Positions 1 through 9,516 of a stretch of DNA of 64,000 nt are shown here, piece by piece (within the stretch, counting starts at the first letter, position 1; every line of letters starts with the position of its first letter). Below the pieces are notes generated by a model. It was not told the DNA's origin. It searched no databases and saw only the letters and a list, made by a program, of their open reading frames with translations. The stretch comes from Candidatus Heimdallarchaeum endolithica (GTDB lineage: Archaea; Asgardarchaeota; Heimdallarchaeia; Heimdallarchaeales; Heimdallarchaeaceae), in assembly GCA_021513715.1 (NCBI GenBank), contig CP084167.1:96001-160000 (forward strand), written 5' to 3'. A program made the translations under genes and the position numbers.

Positions 1-1665
1 CCTTTACTTGTCTCTGCTACTACTGGAGTTGGAAAAACTGCTGCATTATTAGTTAGTTTGCTTGCTATAAAAAAACCTGGTGAAAAAGTAATTATTTTCG
101 TTAGAACTAAAGCACAAATAAATGTCTTTCTTAAAGAATTTGGGCTTATCTACAAAAAAATAATTGCTAATTGGGATAAATTGAAGGAACATTTTAATTA
201 TAACTTGCCTTTAGTTTTAACAATTTTAGGAAAAAATGAACTTTGTGTAAAAAGAAACAAAAAATATCCTGGAGAAATGTATACTCACATCTGTTCTTTA
301 ACAAAATGTACATTAAAACAGAAAACAAAGCTTCTAACTAATACTCAAATAAAGAAAATAGCTAAAGGCCTTTTTTCAGTTTACCCAGAAATGAATTCTA
401 AAGAAGATCTAGTATCGGTTTATGAGAGTACTAATTATTGCCCATATTATGTCAATTTTATACTTGCTCAAAATGCAGATGTAGTAATAACAAGTTATCC
501 TTTTCTTGAAGATTATTTTCTATTTAACTACCTCTTTAACAGGTTAAAAATAGATATTTCGAAAGCTATAATTGCAGTTGATGAAGCTCATAATTTATTT
601 CAAGTGCTAAACTTGGAAATTACAAAGAGTATTTTAGAAAAAGCAGTAGAGGAGAACAATCATCCTTTTATTCAAAATCTTCTTGAAAAAATAACTGAAA
701 CACAAGTTTTTAATTACAAATTAGATGACGAAGAACTAAAAAATTTTGAAAAAGAGATTTTAAAGAAACTTAACATTCAATACAGGAAAGAGGAGATTAA
801 ATCTATCAACGCCTATATTGCTTATCATTTTATAAAAGAAAGTCAAGGGAAAAGAGTAATATCAGATACAAAGAGATTATCAACTATTAATCCTCTACCC
901 TCTACTATTTTAAGGAAAATCGTTGGTGCAAAAAAAATAGTAATGATGAGTGGAAGTTTTGAACCTATTCACTCATTTCAAAGGCTTTTTGGTTTACCTA
1001 AATCAGAAAAGTTACAACTTTACTCATCCAATTCAAAAAATTCGAAATATTTGATCTTATCAAATAAAGATTTTAATGGTAAGTATCAATACAGAAATGA
1101 AAAATATTTCTTAAACATTGCTAAAGCCATTGATAGAATTAACAAGGCAATACCTGGTCATGTTCTTGTTTTCTGTCCATCCTACAAATATCTAAATGAG
1201 CTAACCAAAAATTATTTTCTAAATGTAGATATTATAGAAACACCAAAAATGGACATCTCCACTGTTCAAGCTATATTGTCAAATGCAGATGAAAAAAAAG
1301 TTGTTGCCTGTGTTGTTGGAGGAAAAATCTCAGAGGGAATTGAATTCACTAAAAATGGTAAAAGTATTATCAAAGGTGTTATTATCACAACCCTCCCTTT
1401 TCCTCCTCCTGACCCTAGAAACCAAATTTTGAGAGAAGAACTCACTAAAAGATATGGAAAAAAATTTGCAATAGATTTTACCATAATAATACCAACTGTT
1501 CAAAGGATGATACAATCTTTTGGAAGAGCAATAAGAAATGAAACTGATAAGGCAGTTCATATACTATTAGACCCAAGAGGAACTAGATTCAATAAAGAAT
1601 TTCGCTTTGAACGTTACAAAACCATTGAACAAATACAAAAAGCAATAACAAAATTTCTTTTGTAA
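1..1665 (+). CDS. xpd: XPD/Rad3/DinG-family Fe-S DNA helicase (5' end outside window)
   Basis: Frame is open from base 1 and contains Walker A (SATTGVGKT) upstream of the ORF-track start. Four Fe-S Cys (C..C-x4-C..YCPYY), DEAH, SEGIEF, LPFPPP and QSFGRAIR motifs are present. Confidence 0.9.
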   Translation, partial: PLLVSATTGVGKTAALLVSLLAIKKPGEKVIIFVRTKAQINVFLKEFGLIYKKIIANWDKLKEHFNYNLPLVLTILGKNELCVKRNKKYPGEMYTHICSLTKCTLKQKTKLLTNTQIKKIAKGLFSVYPEMNSKEDLVSVYESTNYCPYYVNFILAQNADVVITSYPFLEDYFLFNYLFNRLKIDISKAIIAVDEAHNLFQVLNLEITKSILEKAVEENNHPFIQNLLEKITETQVFNYKLDDEELKNFEKEILKKLNIQYRKEEIKSINAYIAYHFIKESQGKRVISDTKRLSTINPLPSTILRKIVGAKKIVMMSGSFEPIHSFQRLFGLPKSEKLQLYSSNSKNSKYLILSNKDFNGKYQYRNEKYFLNIAKAIDRINKAIPGHVLVFCPSYKYLNELTKNYFLNVDIIETPKMDISTVQAILSNADEKKVVACVVGGKISEGIEFTKNGKSIIKGVIITTLPFPPPDPRNQILREELTKRYGKKFAIDFTIIIPTVQRMIQSFGRAIRNETDKAVHILLDPRGTRFNKEFRFERYKTIEQIQKAITKFLL

Positions 1666-1715
1666 TACAAAATACAAATTTTATTAAAAAAACTAAAAGT
1701 GTTATTTCGATAAAA

Positions 1716-2729
1716 GCATGTCCAAAAATTCTTTTTCAACTACTAAACGGTACGAAGGAGTAAAAGGTAGTTGTAACAGAGGAGAGAACTATAAAGAGTA
1801 GAAAGAAAGGTGGAGGGTAAGAGATCAAGGATCAGGGGAAGAGAGAGTTTGAGAAGACTAAACCAAAGACATGTTCAATACTACTACGATACTCGGGGTG
1901 ATGATTATGGCGATAGAGACAAGGGTAGAAACGATGAGCTTGAACTATTGGCCCGAGGGGAGGAGGAGAGGGATAACGAGCATTACTTTTTGGGGGAATA
2001 ATAAATAACAAGGAAAAAGGAATGTTGGCTAAGAAGATCGACGATATTTTCTGTCTAGTAGGCACAGTCTCCATAGAATCTCAAGAAAGGTCTCAAGAGT
2101 ACAGAAGGAAGTTTCTGCCATAGCAAACCGAAGACTTTACCATCGTGAGTGTTACTAGCAGAATGAGCTAGAGAGACTATAGCTCTGGAGGGTAAACCAA
2201 CTATAAGGTGTATGTTCCAGAAAAGTTTAGTTGGGAGGTTTTCTTTAGTGTCCCTCTTGGACATTTGAGAAAACGCCAAACAGAAACTTGACGAATTTTA
2301 AAACCTGAACTATCTACAGCCATAGCTTTCAACCCTTTTTTTTCACTATTTCTCCCCTAAATCTATTATCCACTGCTCTAGGATTTTATTTTCTGTCGCT
2401 CTCCATACTGCATGAAAAATAGATTTAAAAGGAATCTTCTTCATCCACTCCTCTTCTATCAAAAAAGCGCATAAAGACATTTTTTCTTCTAATTTCCTCT
2501 AGGCTATTCCTTCTATTCTCGCAATGATTGCTATTGCTAATATCACCCATCTCTCTGCTATTCCCTTTCTCCCTCTCTTACTTTTTCTCGTTTCCTCTTC
2601 ACCAGTTTCTTAAGGAAAGGTTCATTAATGATTATGAATTCTCTTACTTTTTGGGGGTCTAAAATCTGAAAGTAAGTTATAATTCCGACATAAACCTCCA
2701 CATTAATAAAAATTAATTTTTGGACATCC
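1716..2729 (-). mobile_element. IS5-family (IS903-like) element remnant with degenerate DDE transposase
   Basis: 15-bp terminal IRs: GCATGTCCAAAAATT (1716-1730) and AATTTTTGGACATCC (2715-2729). Minus-strand fragments AVDSSGFK, THDGKVF, FYGDCAY, IPPKSNA and YRSSIEHVF are split by stops and frameshifts. Confidence 0.8.
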
Positions 2730-3209
2730 TTTATTATTAATTTAAAACTAGCTGTTTAAATAATGAAAAGAAATTAGTAAAAATAAGGAGAAAAACAAAG
2801 AAAAAATATTACTCTCTATTTGCTGACTGAACTTGACAGATAGAAAAAAACATATGTATAAAGAAAGAATCAACGAATAATTGAATACTGCATAACTTTC
2901 CTGTGTGAGCTGATGATATTTCATCCAGTTTTCACAGTAGAGCGAGCAACTTCCTCGTCTAGCTTAATATTTTTTTGGTACTTTCTCTCAAATGAAATAT
3001 CACGAGAAAGATTTGTGTAAAAATGTACAAAAATCTAGTTGATGAATAAAATCAAATATTATAACAAACTTTATGTTTGAATACATTGATTTTTAAACAT
3101 ACAAATTAAAATTCGCAATATCCAAAAAAATGTGAAAAGAACAAAATCAGACAAAAATTAGAAAGCAAGTGTTTAACAAATCTAAAAAAATGTTCAAAAG
3201 AGGATTATT

Positions 3210-4622
3210 ATGTCTATGTTATTTGATGATATAGTTAAAAAGAAATATTCATGTTTATCAAATAGTAAAATAAAAAATTATCAAACGTTTAAGGATATAA
3301 ATCTGAAGGAAGAGATCCTTGAAATTTTTAACACTCTCGCAGAAGATTCTTCTTGGTCTTTTGAAAATCTTTCAAGAAAAGAAACATCTTATGTATCACA
3401 TGGATACCATAGATATCCTGCAAAATTTATTCCTCAATTAGCAAAAAGATGCATTCTATCTTATTCTAAAGAAAATGAAATTGTATGTGATCCTTTTATG
3501 GGTTGCGGAACTTCATTAGTAGAAGCATTAGTTTCAGAAAGAAAAGCTATTGGTGTTGATATCAATCCTGTAGCATGGTTAATTACAATGGCTAAAACAA
3601 CACCAATAGAACCTATAAGATTAAAAAGAGAAGTAAATAGTTTCCTATCAGACATTTATTCCTATAAATCACTTAAATATAACAAAACTAAACCATTAAT
3701 ACAAATAGATATTAAACCAGTAACTCTTGAAAATGAGAGAATAAAGTATTGGTTTCCTCAGGAGGATATTAGAAAAGATTTAGGTTTAATTCTTGGAAGA
3801 ATTAATAAAATTGAAGATGAAAATATTAAAAATTTCTTTCTGTGTGCCTTTTCACAAATTCTAAAAAATTGTTCAGTATGGTTAATGAAAAGCATTAAAC
3901 CAACAAGAGACCTTAAGAAAAAAATTGTTTCTCCTTTTCAATCTTTCAGAAAACACATAAATTATATGATGAAAGGTAATGAAGAACTATATAGAATAAT
4001 GCCTAAAAAAGTAAAAGAAAACCTAAAACAATTTTTAATTATTGAAAAAGGTGATGCTAGAAAACTTCCAATTGATTCTAACACAGTTAGCTTAATTGTT
4101 ACCTCTCCACCTTATGTAACATCTTATGAATATGCTGATTTACATCAACTAACTGCTCTTTGGTTACAATATACAGATGACATTACAGATTTTAGAGAAG
4201 GATTTATTGGTTCTATATATAAGAGAGATTTTTTGCAAGATAAAATAAAAAGTGATATAGCTGAAGACATTATTATTCAATTAGAGAAAAAATCAAAAAG
4301 ATTAAGCTTAGCAGTTAACAAATATTTTCTAGAAATGCAACAATGTTTCAAAGAAATGTTTAGAGTATTAAAAGAAGGAGGAAAAACATGTATTGTAATT
4401 GGAAATACAGAATTAAAAAAGGTAAAAATCCTAAATGCTGAGGTTTTTGTAGAGATTATGCTAAATCTTGGTTATACAGTTCATAAAATAATAAAAAGGC
4501 GAATTCCATCAAAAATACTGCCTTCAACAAGAGATTCAAAAACAGGAAGATTTACATCAAATCTAAAATCAGATAGAGTGTCATATCCTTATGAATATAT
4601 TTTAGTAATGGAAAAACCTTGA
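3210..4622 (+). CDS. Amino-methyltransferase (probably N4-cytosine, alpha motif order) of a type II R-M system
   Basis: HRYPAKF, motif I DPFMGCGT and motif IV TSPPY. Adjacent to an REase gene. Confidence 0.9.
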   Translation: MSMLFDDIVKKKYSCLSNSKIKNYQTFKDINLKEEILEIFNTLAEDSSWSFENLSRKETSYVSHGYHRYPAKFIPQLAKRCILSYSKENEIVCDPFMGCGTSLVEALVSERKAIGVDINPVAWLITMAKTTPIEPIRLKREVNSFLSDIYSYKSLKYNKTKPLIQIDIKPVTLENERIKYWFPQEDIRKDLGLILGRINKIEDENIKNFFLCAFSQILKNCSVWLMKSIKPTRDLKKKIVSPFQSFRKHINYMMKGNEELYRIMPKKVKENLKQFLIIEKGDARKLPIDSNTVSLIVTSPPYVTSYEYADLHQLTALWLQYTDDITDFREGFIGSIYKRDFLQDKIKSDIAEDIIIQLEKKSKRLSLAVNKYFLEMQQCFKEMFRVLKEGGKTCIVIGNTELKKVKILNAEVFVEIMLNLGYTVHKIIKRRIPSKILPSTRDSKTGRFTSNLKSDRVSYPYEYILVMEKP

Positions 4623-4631
4623 GGGAATTTA

Positions 4632-5321
4632 ATGATTTTTGAAAACCTTATTGAATTATATGAAGAAAAAAAGAAGAAATATAAAAAATATACCTATAAA
4701 CATATTTCAGAATTATTAAAAGAAGCTAAGGAAATACATAAGAAAAAGTGGTTAGAAAATCCTACACCTAATAAGGATCACGAGCAATCTTGGAGAGCTT
4801 TTAAAGGAAAAAATTACGAAAAATTAATCATCTATATAATCAAAGATGAAATAGAAAGTTTGGGTTTAAAAGTAATAAATGGAAATATATTAGAAAGAAC
4901 AAGTAGTAAGAATTTGTCAAAAGAACTTAGCCAAGTAAAAAGGAATCTTCTTATTGATTATGGTGAATTTGGTTCTCATTTCCCAGATTTTGATATTGTA
5001 ATTTACAATCCTAAAGATTCAAAAGTAATAGCTGTAATTTCAAGTAAAACAACATTAAGAGAACGAATTGCACAAACTGGATATTGGAAATTAAAACTAT
5101 TGCAAGATGAAGTAACTAAACATGTTAAAGTATTTTTCATTACTCCTGATGAAGATGGAACATTGAAATCTAAAACACCAGTAAAAAAAGGTAGAGCTAT
5201 TGTAGAAATAGATACAGATGGAAGTTATATAATGAGTGAAAAAGAAGTAGAAGAAAGTGAGAAAGTAAAGATGTTTGATAAGTTTATTGAGGATTTAAAA
5301 AAATTAATAACTATAAGATAG
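4632..5321 (+). CDS. Type II restriction endonuclease, BsaWI-like (CCGG-core family)
   Basis: QSWRAFKGKNYE, PDFD and SSKTTLRERIAQ, matching the PD..K..RER signature of CCGG-family REases. Starts 9 bp after the MTase. Confidence 0.75.
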   Translation: MIFENLIELYEEKKKKYKKYTYKHISELLKEAKEIHKKKWLENPTPNKDHEQSWRAFKGKNYEKLIIYIIKDEIESLGLKVINGNILERTSSKNLSKELSQVKRNLLIDYGEFGSHFPDFDIVIYNPKDSKVIAVISSKTTLRERIAQTGYWKLKLLQDEVTKHVKVFFITPDEDGTLKSKTPVKKGRAIVEIDTDGSYIMSEKEVEESEKVKMFDKFIEDLKKLITIR

Positions 5322-5511
5322 TTAATCTATTGTTTTCATGCTTTTTGTGAAAAGTGATTATAAGCAAATCTTACTCTTAACAAAGTCCTTATGCTTAATT
5401 TTAAGTCGCTATCTTCACATATTTTAGCTTTTTAGGTTCAAAATTAGTATAAAGATACTAAAATCAAATTAATCAAAAAAGATTATTTTTAGTTGTTCAT
5501 AAATTCTTAAA

Positions 5512-7350
5512 TTACAATTCTAGTTTGTATTTTGTATCTTTTAGTTTTTTATTTTTCTTTTTGTTATTGTTAAACACTTTAGCAAATATTCCTCCAATAA
5601 CCCATTGACCTAAAATTGAACTTATCCCCAAACTTATTGTATAAGGAGGTTTTATCAAAGGAATATTTACAGAACTATTTGTTTGATTTTCATTTTGGAA
5701 AGAAAAATCTTCTATTGGATTAAGTCTATAAGTTATATTTTTGAGAGAAACATAGGTTCCTGAGCCATAAATTGTTAGTTTAATTTTTACCTCATTATAT
5801 CCTTGATAAATTTTAATATTTTCAGCAACAGATATCCTACCAGTTTCATTAAAAATTTTACTTATTGAACTATTTACTCCTATTGTTATTCCAACATTTA
5901 TTCTATCAAAAACTTCATCATAATCTGTAAGAAGAGTAAAAGACAAATTAAAAACATAATCAATTATTAATGAATAATCGTTGAAAAATACATCATAGTA
6001 ATTTAGAATGACTGCACCTAGTTGGGGAGTATAAACACTTTTCTCTGATTCTACTTCCCTAAATATACCTTTAGAAGACATTTTTGGGATTTCTGAAACA
6101 GTGAGATTAGAAGAATTGTAAATTAAGATTTTTCCTTTCCCACTATGTTCTAATTTACTATAAAAATTAACCAACAATTGTTTATTGTAGGTGTAAGTAT
6201 AGGTATTTATTTCTATTATCTCTTCTTCTCCTTGTTCATAACTCATTACTTTTCCTGTATAAATGGTATATATCCCAGAAATAATTTTAAATTCAATATA
6301 AGGAGTTACAGTTGCACCTTCAAAACCACAACTAAGATTTAAGTTTATTATTAACTCCTTAGAACTCTGCTCATTTTTTAAAATAGATATATCAAAAGTT
6401 AAATCTATTTTATCTCCTTCCCACTCTTGAGAATCAAGAATGTCTTTTTCTTTAATTGTTTCTTCTTTCTCAACTTCAATACTTAAACTAAAGCCATCTA
6501 AATGTATGATGTCAGAGCTATATCCTACAGTAAAAGAGATATTCAAAATATTTAGGTCATTTCCACAATCTAATGAGAATAATATTGTATTAAATCCAGA
6601 GCTAAAATCCTTTTCTGTAAGGTTTGAACCTATTTGAAAAGTTATTTTTCTTTCTAGTGAAGTAAACTCGTTTGTATTAAATGTAAAATTTAACTTAATT
6701 TTTGAAATGTTTGAAGTTTTTACATAGAAAAATGATTTTGCAGAAAAAGATTTTTTAGAAAAAGAATTGCCAGAAAAAGAAATAGAATAAGGAATAACAT
6801 CTGGATTGATTTTTTCTTCTGTTTCCAATGAAGGAATATCATATGAATGAAGACTTATTGTCTTGAAAAGAGTTAAATTTCCTTCTTTTCCTATGAAGCA
6901 TTGTCCTTCAAAATATATACTAATCTTGGTTTCTTCTTCAATATTCTCGCAATAAAGGCTTTTTGTAAGAGAATGAATATTATTATCTTGTAAAAGTTTG
7001 TCAATTCTAAAACTGATATTTATCAGATCATTAAAAGTTATACACAATTTTAAGCTATCATCCAAAGCTAAACTTCCACTTGTTTTAAATTTAATTTCAA
7101 AACCATATAAGCCATTTATTGAAAGATTCTGAATGAAAGAATAAGTATATTTAGAAAGCTTATCTGTAAAATTAAAGACTATATCATGAGGTATAACTAT
7201 AGTTGATTGAAGTTCATTTTTAACCTGATTATTTTCTTTATCAACTATATCATATGCTTTTACAAAATATAGTGGGGATAAGCAAAAAGTTACTATTATA
7301 ACTACAACTAAAGAAGTAAATAGTAGATTATCTCTTTTCATAAGCTTCAA
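5512..7350 (-). CDS. Exported beta-rich protein with signal peptide and C-terminal TM anchor
   Basis: N-terminal hydrophobic segment, roughly four beta-sandwich-like units, C-terminal TM followed by a Lys-rich tail. Confidence 0.7.
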   Translation of the reverse strand: MKLMKRDNLLFTSLVVVIIVTFCLSPLYFVKAYDIVDKENNQVKNELQSTIVIPHDIVFNFTDKLSKYTYSFIQNLSINGLYGFEIKFKTSGSLALDDSLKLCITFNDLINISFRIDKLLQDNNIHSLTKSLYCENIEEETKISIYFEGQCFIGKEGNLTLFKTISLHSYDIPSLETEEKINPDVIPYSISFSGNSFSKKSFSAKSFFYVKTSNISKIKLNFTFNTNEFTSLERKITFQIGSNLTEKDFSSGFNTILFSLDCGNDLNILNISFTVGYSSDIIHLDGFSLSIEVEKEETIKEKDILDSQEWEGDKIDLTFDISILKNEQSSKELIINLNLSCGFEGATVTPYIEFKIISGIYTIYTGKVMSYEQGEEEIIEINTYTYTYNKQLLVNFYSKLEHSGKGKILIYNSSNLTVSEIPKMSSKGIFREVESEKSVYTPQLGAVILNYYDVFFNDYSLIIDYVFNLSFTLLTDYDEVFDRINVGITIGVNSSISKIFNETGRISVAENIKIYQGYNEVKIKLTIYGSGTYVSLKNITYRLNPIEDFSFQNENQTNSSVNIPLIKPPYTISLGISSILGQWVIGGIFAKVFNNNKKKNKKLKDTKYKLEL

Positions 7351-7369
7351 ATGATAATAAAAAAAATCA

Positions 7370-7385
7370 TTTATAAACCGAGAAA
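7370..7385 (-). promoter_or_regulatory. Cluster promoter motif TTTCTC-GG-TTTATAAA
   Basis: 20-29 bp upstream of the 7350/7341 start. Confidence 0.6.
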
Positions 7386-7391
7386 TATTTG

Positions 7392-9503
7392 CTATAGATT
7401 CTCTTCAATTTCGCTAGTTTTAACCGAAGTATCTGCAAAATTCTTTTTGGATATGTTTTTTCCAAAAAGTTTCTTTAATTCAAGAAATAAACTACTGTAT
7501 TTATCGTATATTTCGCTCCAATTTTCCAGCAAACTATCTGAAATATTATATTTTGAGCATATAGTTAATGGATCTTGTGTTTCTAGTTGTTGAAAAATTT
7601 GTAAAGCTTGTACATTTGTCAATTCATTTGCTTTAATATCTCTCTTTATTTGTTTATCAAAAAGCACTACTTTAGTAAAAAAGTATCTAAAATTTATGTT
7701 AGGATTTGTAGAAAACAAATGCAGGAAATAAAGAAAAGAATAAGGATGAATAAAGAATTTAGCAGATAATCTTCCTATTGTGGTAGGATTAACTTTCATT
7801 CCTTTACTCCTAACCAAAAAACCATTATCGATTAACCAGTCAATTATTCCATATTTATTTAACCAGAATTCTTTCATAAAAGGAAACATCTTTATTAGAA
7901 AACGTTGATGCCTACAAAGATAATTGCTATATTGAGACTGGCAGGAACATTGTCTTTTCTCTAAACTCATATTTACTTTGAATTTTTTTTCATTCTCTAA
8001 AATTATAAAAGAAAAATTACCTATACCTTTTTCTTGTTTTGATAAGAGCTTTAAATTTGAAGGTTTTATACCAAAAGCTTCGTCTAATTTCTCATAATAC
8101 GAGACAACTTCTTCATAATCTAAACCTGAGTATGCTTGAGAGAAAAGAGCGTAATGAACATCTTTTGAATTGAAAATCAAAAAAGCTTCTTTGTTACTAT
8201 AAAACCATAATGAATTCTCAATTTTGTTCAATAGATCATCAATTATTATTGAAACTGGCTCTTTAGAAAAAGCGATTTCAATAAGAAAATACTTAATCAG
8301 AAAATCATAATCAAAAAATTGACTTTTTAGACAACTATAGGTTGGTTTGCCATTCTGATCAAAAAGTTTGTTTTTATATTCTTTTAAATAAGCTGGTCTT
8401 ATTAAAAGCAATCCAATTCCCTTTTTTTGGAACTCAAATCTTCCTGCTCTTCCAAGTATCTGAAAAATCAAATTATTATCAACTTCTATTTGTTTTCTTT
8501 CTATAACAAGAATAGACATTTTTGCAGGTAAATTTATTCCTGCAGATAGAGTAGAAGTTGAAATTAGATAATCTATCTCTCCTGAGAGAAATAATTGCTC
8601 TATAAATACTCTAACTATATCGCTTAGTCCTGCATGATGATAAGCCACTCTCTTTGAAATAGCTTTCTTTAATTTATCAGGAAAATAAACATTTTCCATT
8701 ATAGAATTAAGGCTATTAGAGTCTATGAATAAATCTTCCAAATTTTTCTTGAGTATAACATCTTTTCTTCTTTTTGCTAATTCAACAGCTAGATTTTCAA
8801 CTTTTGATCTTGAGCTTTGAAATATAATTACAGGTAAATTGGATTTACTTTGAGAAAATATTTCTTCTATTAATGATTTTTTAATTTTCTCAATTTTTAA
8901 TTCTAAAGGGACTAAACGCTTATCAAATTGTAAGAGCTTAAAATCTAACCAATTTGCTATCTCTTCAGGATTTCCAATAGATGAAGATAAAAGAATAATC
9001 TGTGTTTTTTTATTTTTCTTAATTTTCAATAATATACTTTCAATTATTTTTCCTCTGTTATAGCCTAAAAAGTGAAATTCGTCTATCACTAACACTTTTA
9101 TGTTCTTTTTTATCTCTGGAAAGAGATTTAAGATGAAATAAAATTTTTCAAATGTACCAACTATAATATTTGCTTCCATAACTGTTTCTTTATTTAATTT
9201 TACTCCACCAACAGCTAAAAATATTTTAATCATTTTTTTTTCTGTAAAATCTGCTAAAGAGTTGAATTCTTGTATTGCAATCGCTTTATAAGGAAAAAGG
9301 AGTACTATCTTCAATTTTTTAGGAGATTGTAAAATGGTTGAATAGTTTTCTGAAATATATTGTTTAATATATTCTTTTACAAGAAAGGTTTTTCCTGTTG
9401 AAGAGGGTGAAGAAATAAGGCAATTTTCTCTTTTTCTGAAAGTGGACATACACTTCTGTTGAAAAGATTCTAGCTGTCTATGACTTAATTCTATTTTATT
9501 CAT
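7392..9503 (-). CDS. Ski2/Hel308-like SF2 helicase with inserted SWIM zinc finger
   Basis: SPSSTGKT, DEFH, YHHAGL, TSTLSAGINLPA, QILGRAGR. CSC-x7-CRH SWIM-like motif before the wHTH (PTTIGRL). Confidence 0.85.
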   Translation of the reverse strand: MNKIELSHRQLESFQQKCMSTFRKRENCLISSPSSTGKTFLVKEYIKQYISENYSTILQSPKKLKIVLLFPYKAIAIQEFNSLADFTEKKMIKIFLAVGGVKLNKETVMEANIIVGTFEKFYFILNLFPEIKKNIKVLVIDEFHFLGYNRGKIIESILLKIKKNKKTQIILLSSSIGNPEEIANWLDFKLLQFDKRLVPLELKIEKIKKSLIEEIFSQSKSNLPVIIFQSSRSKVENLAVELAKRRKDVILKKNLEDLFIDSNSLNSIMENVYFPDKLKKAISKRVAYHHAGLSDIVRVFIEQLFLSGEIDYLISTSTLSAGINLPAKMSILVIERKQIEVDNNLIFQILGRAGRFEFQKKGIGLLLIRPAYLKEYKNKLFDQNGKPTYSCLKSQFFDYDFLIKYFLIEIAFSKEPVSIIIDDLLNKIENSLWFYSNKEAFLIFNSKDVHYALFSQAYSGLDYEEVVSYYEKLDEAFGIKPSNLKLLSKQEKGIGNFSFIILENEKKFKVNMSLEKRQCSCQSQYSNYLCRHQRFLIKMFPFMKEFWLNKYGIIDWLIDNGFLVRSKGMKVNPTTIGRLSAKFFIHPYSFLYFLHLFSTNPNINFRYFFTKVVLFDKQIKRDIKANELTNVQALQIFQQLETQDPLTICSKYNISDSLLENWSEIYDKYSSLFLELKKLFGKNISKKNFADTSVKTSEIEENL

Positions 9504-9516
9504 TCTTTTCCCTTTT

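Noticed and set aside
5512-7350. Possible archaeal fusexin (HAP2/Fsx1), given size, topology and a VirB4-like neighbour
   Set aside because: No recognisable fusexin cysteine pattern, and the sequence looks like repeated beta-sandwich units. A structure prediction is needed before any claim.
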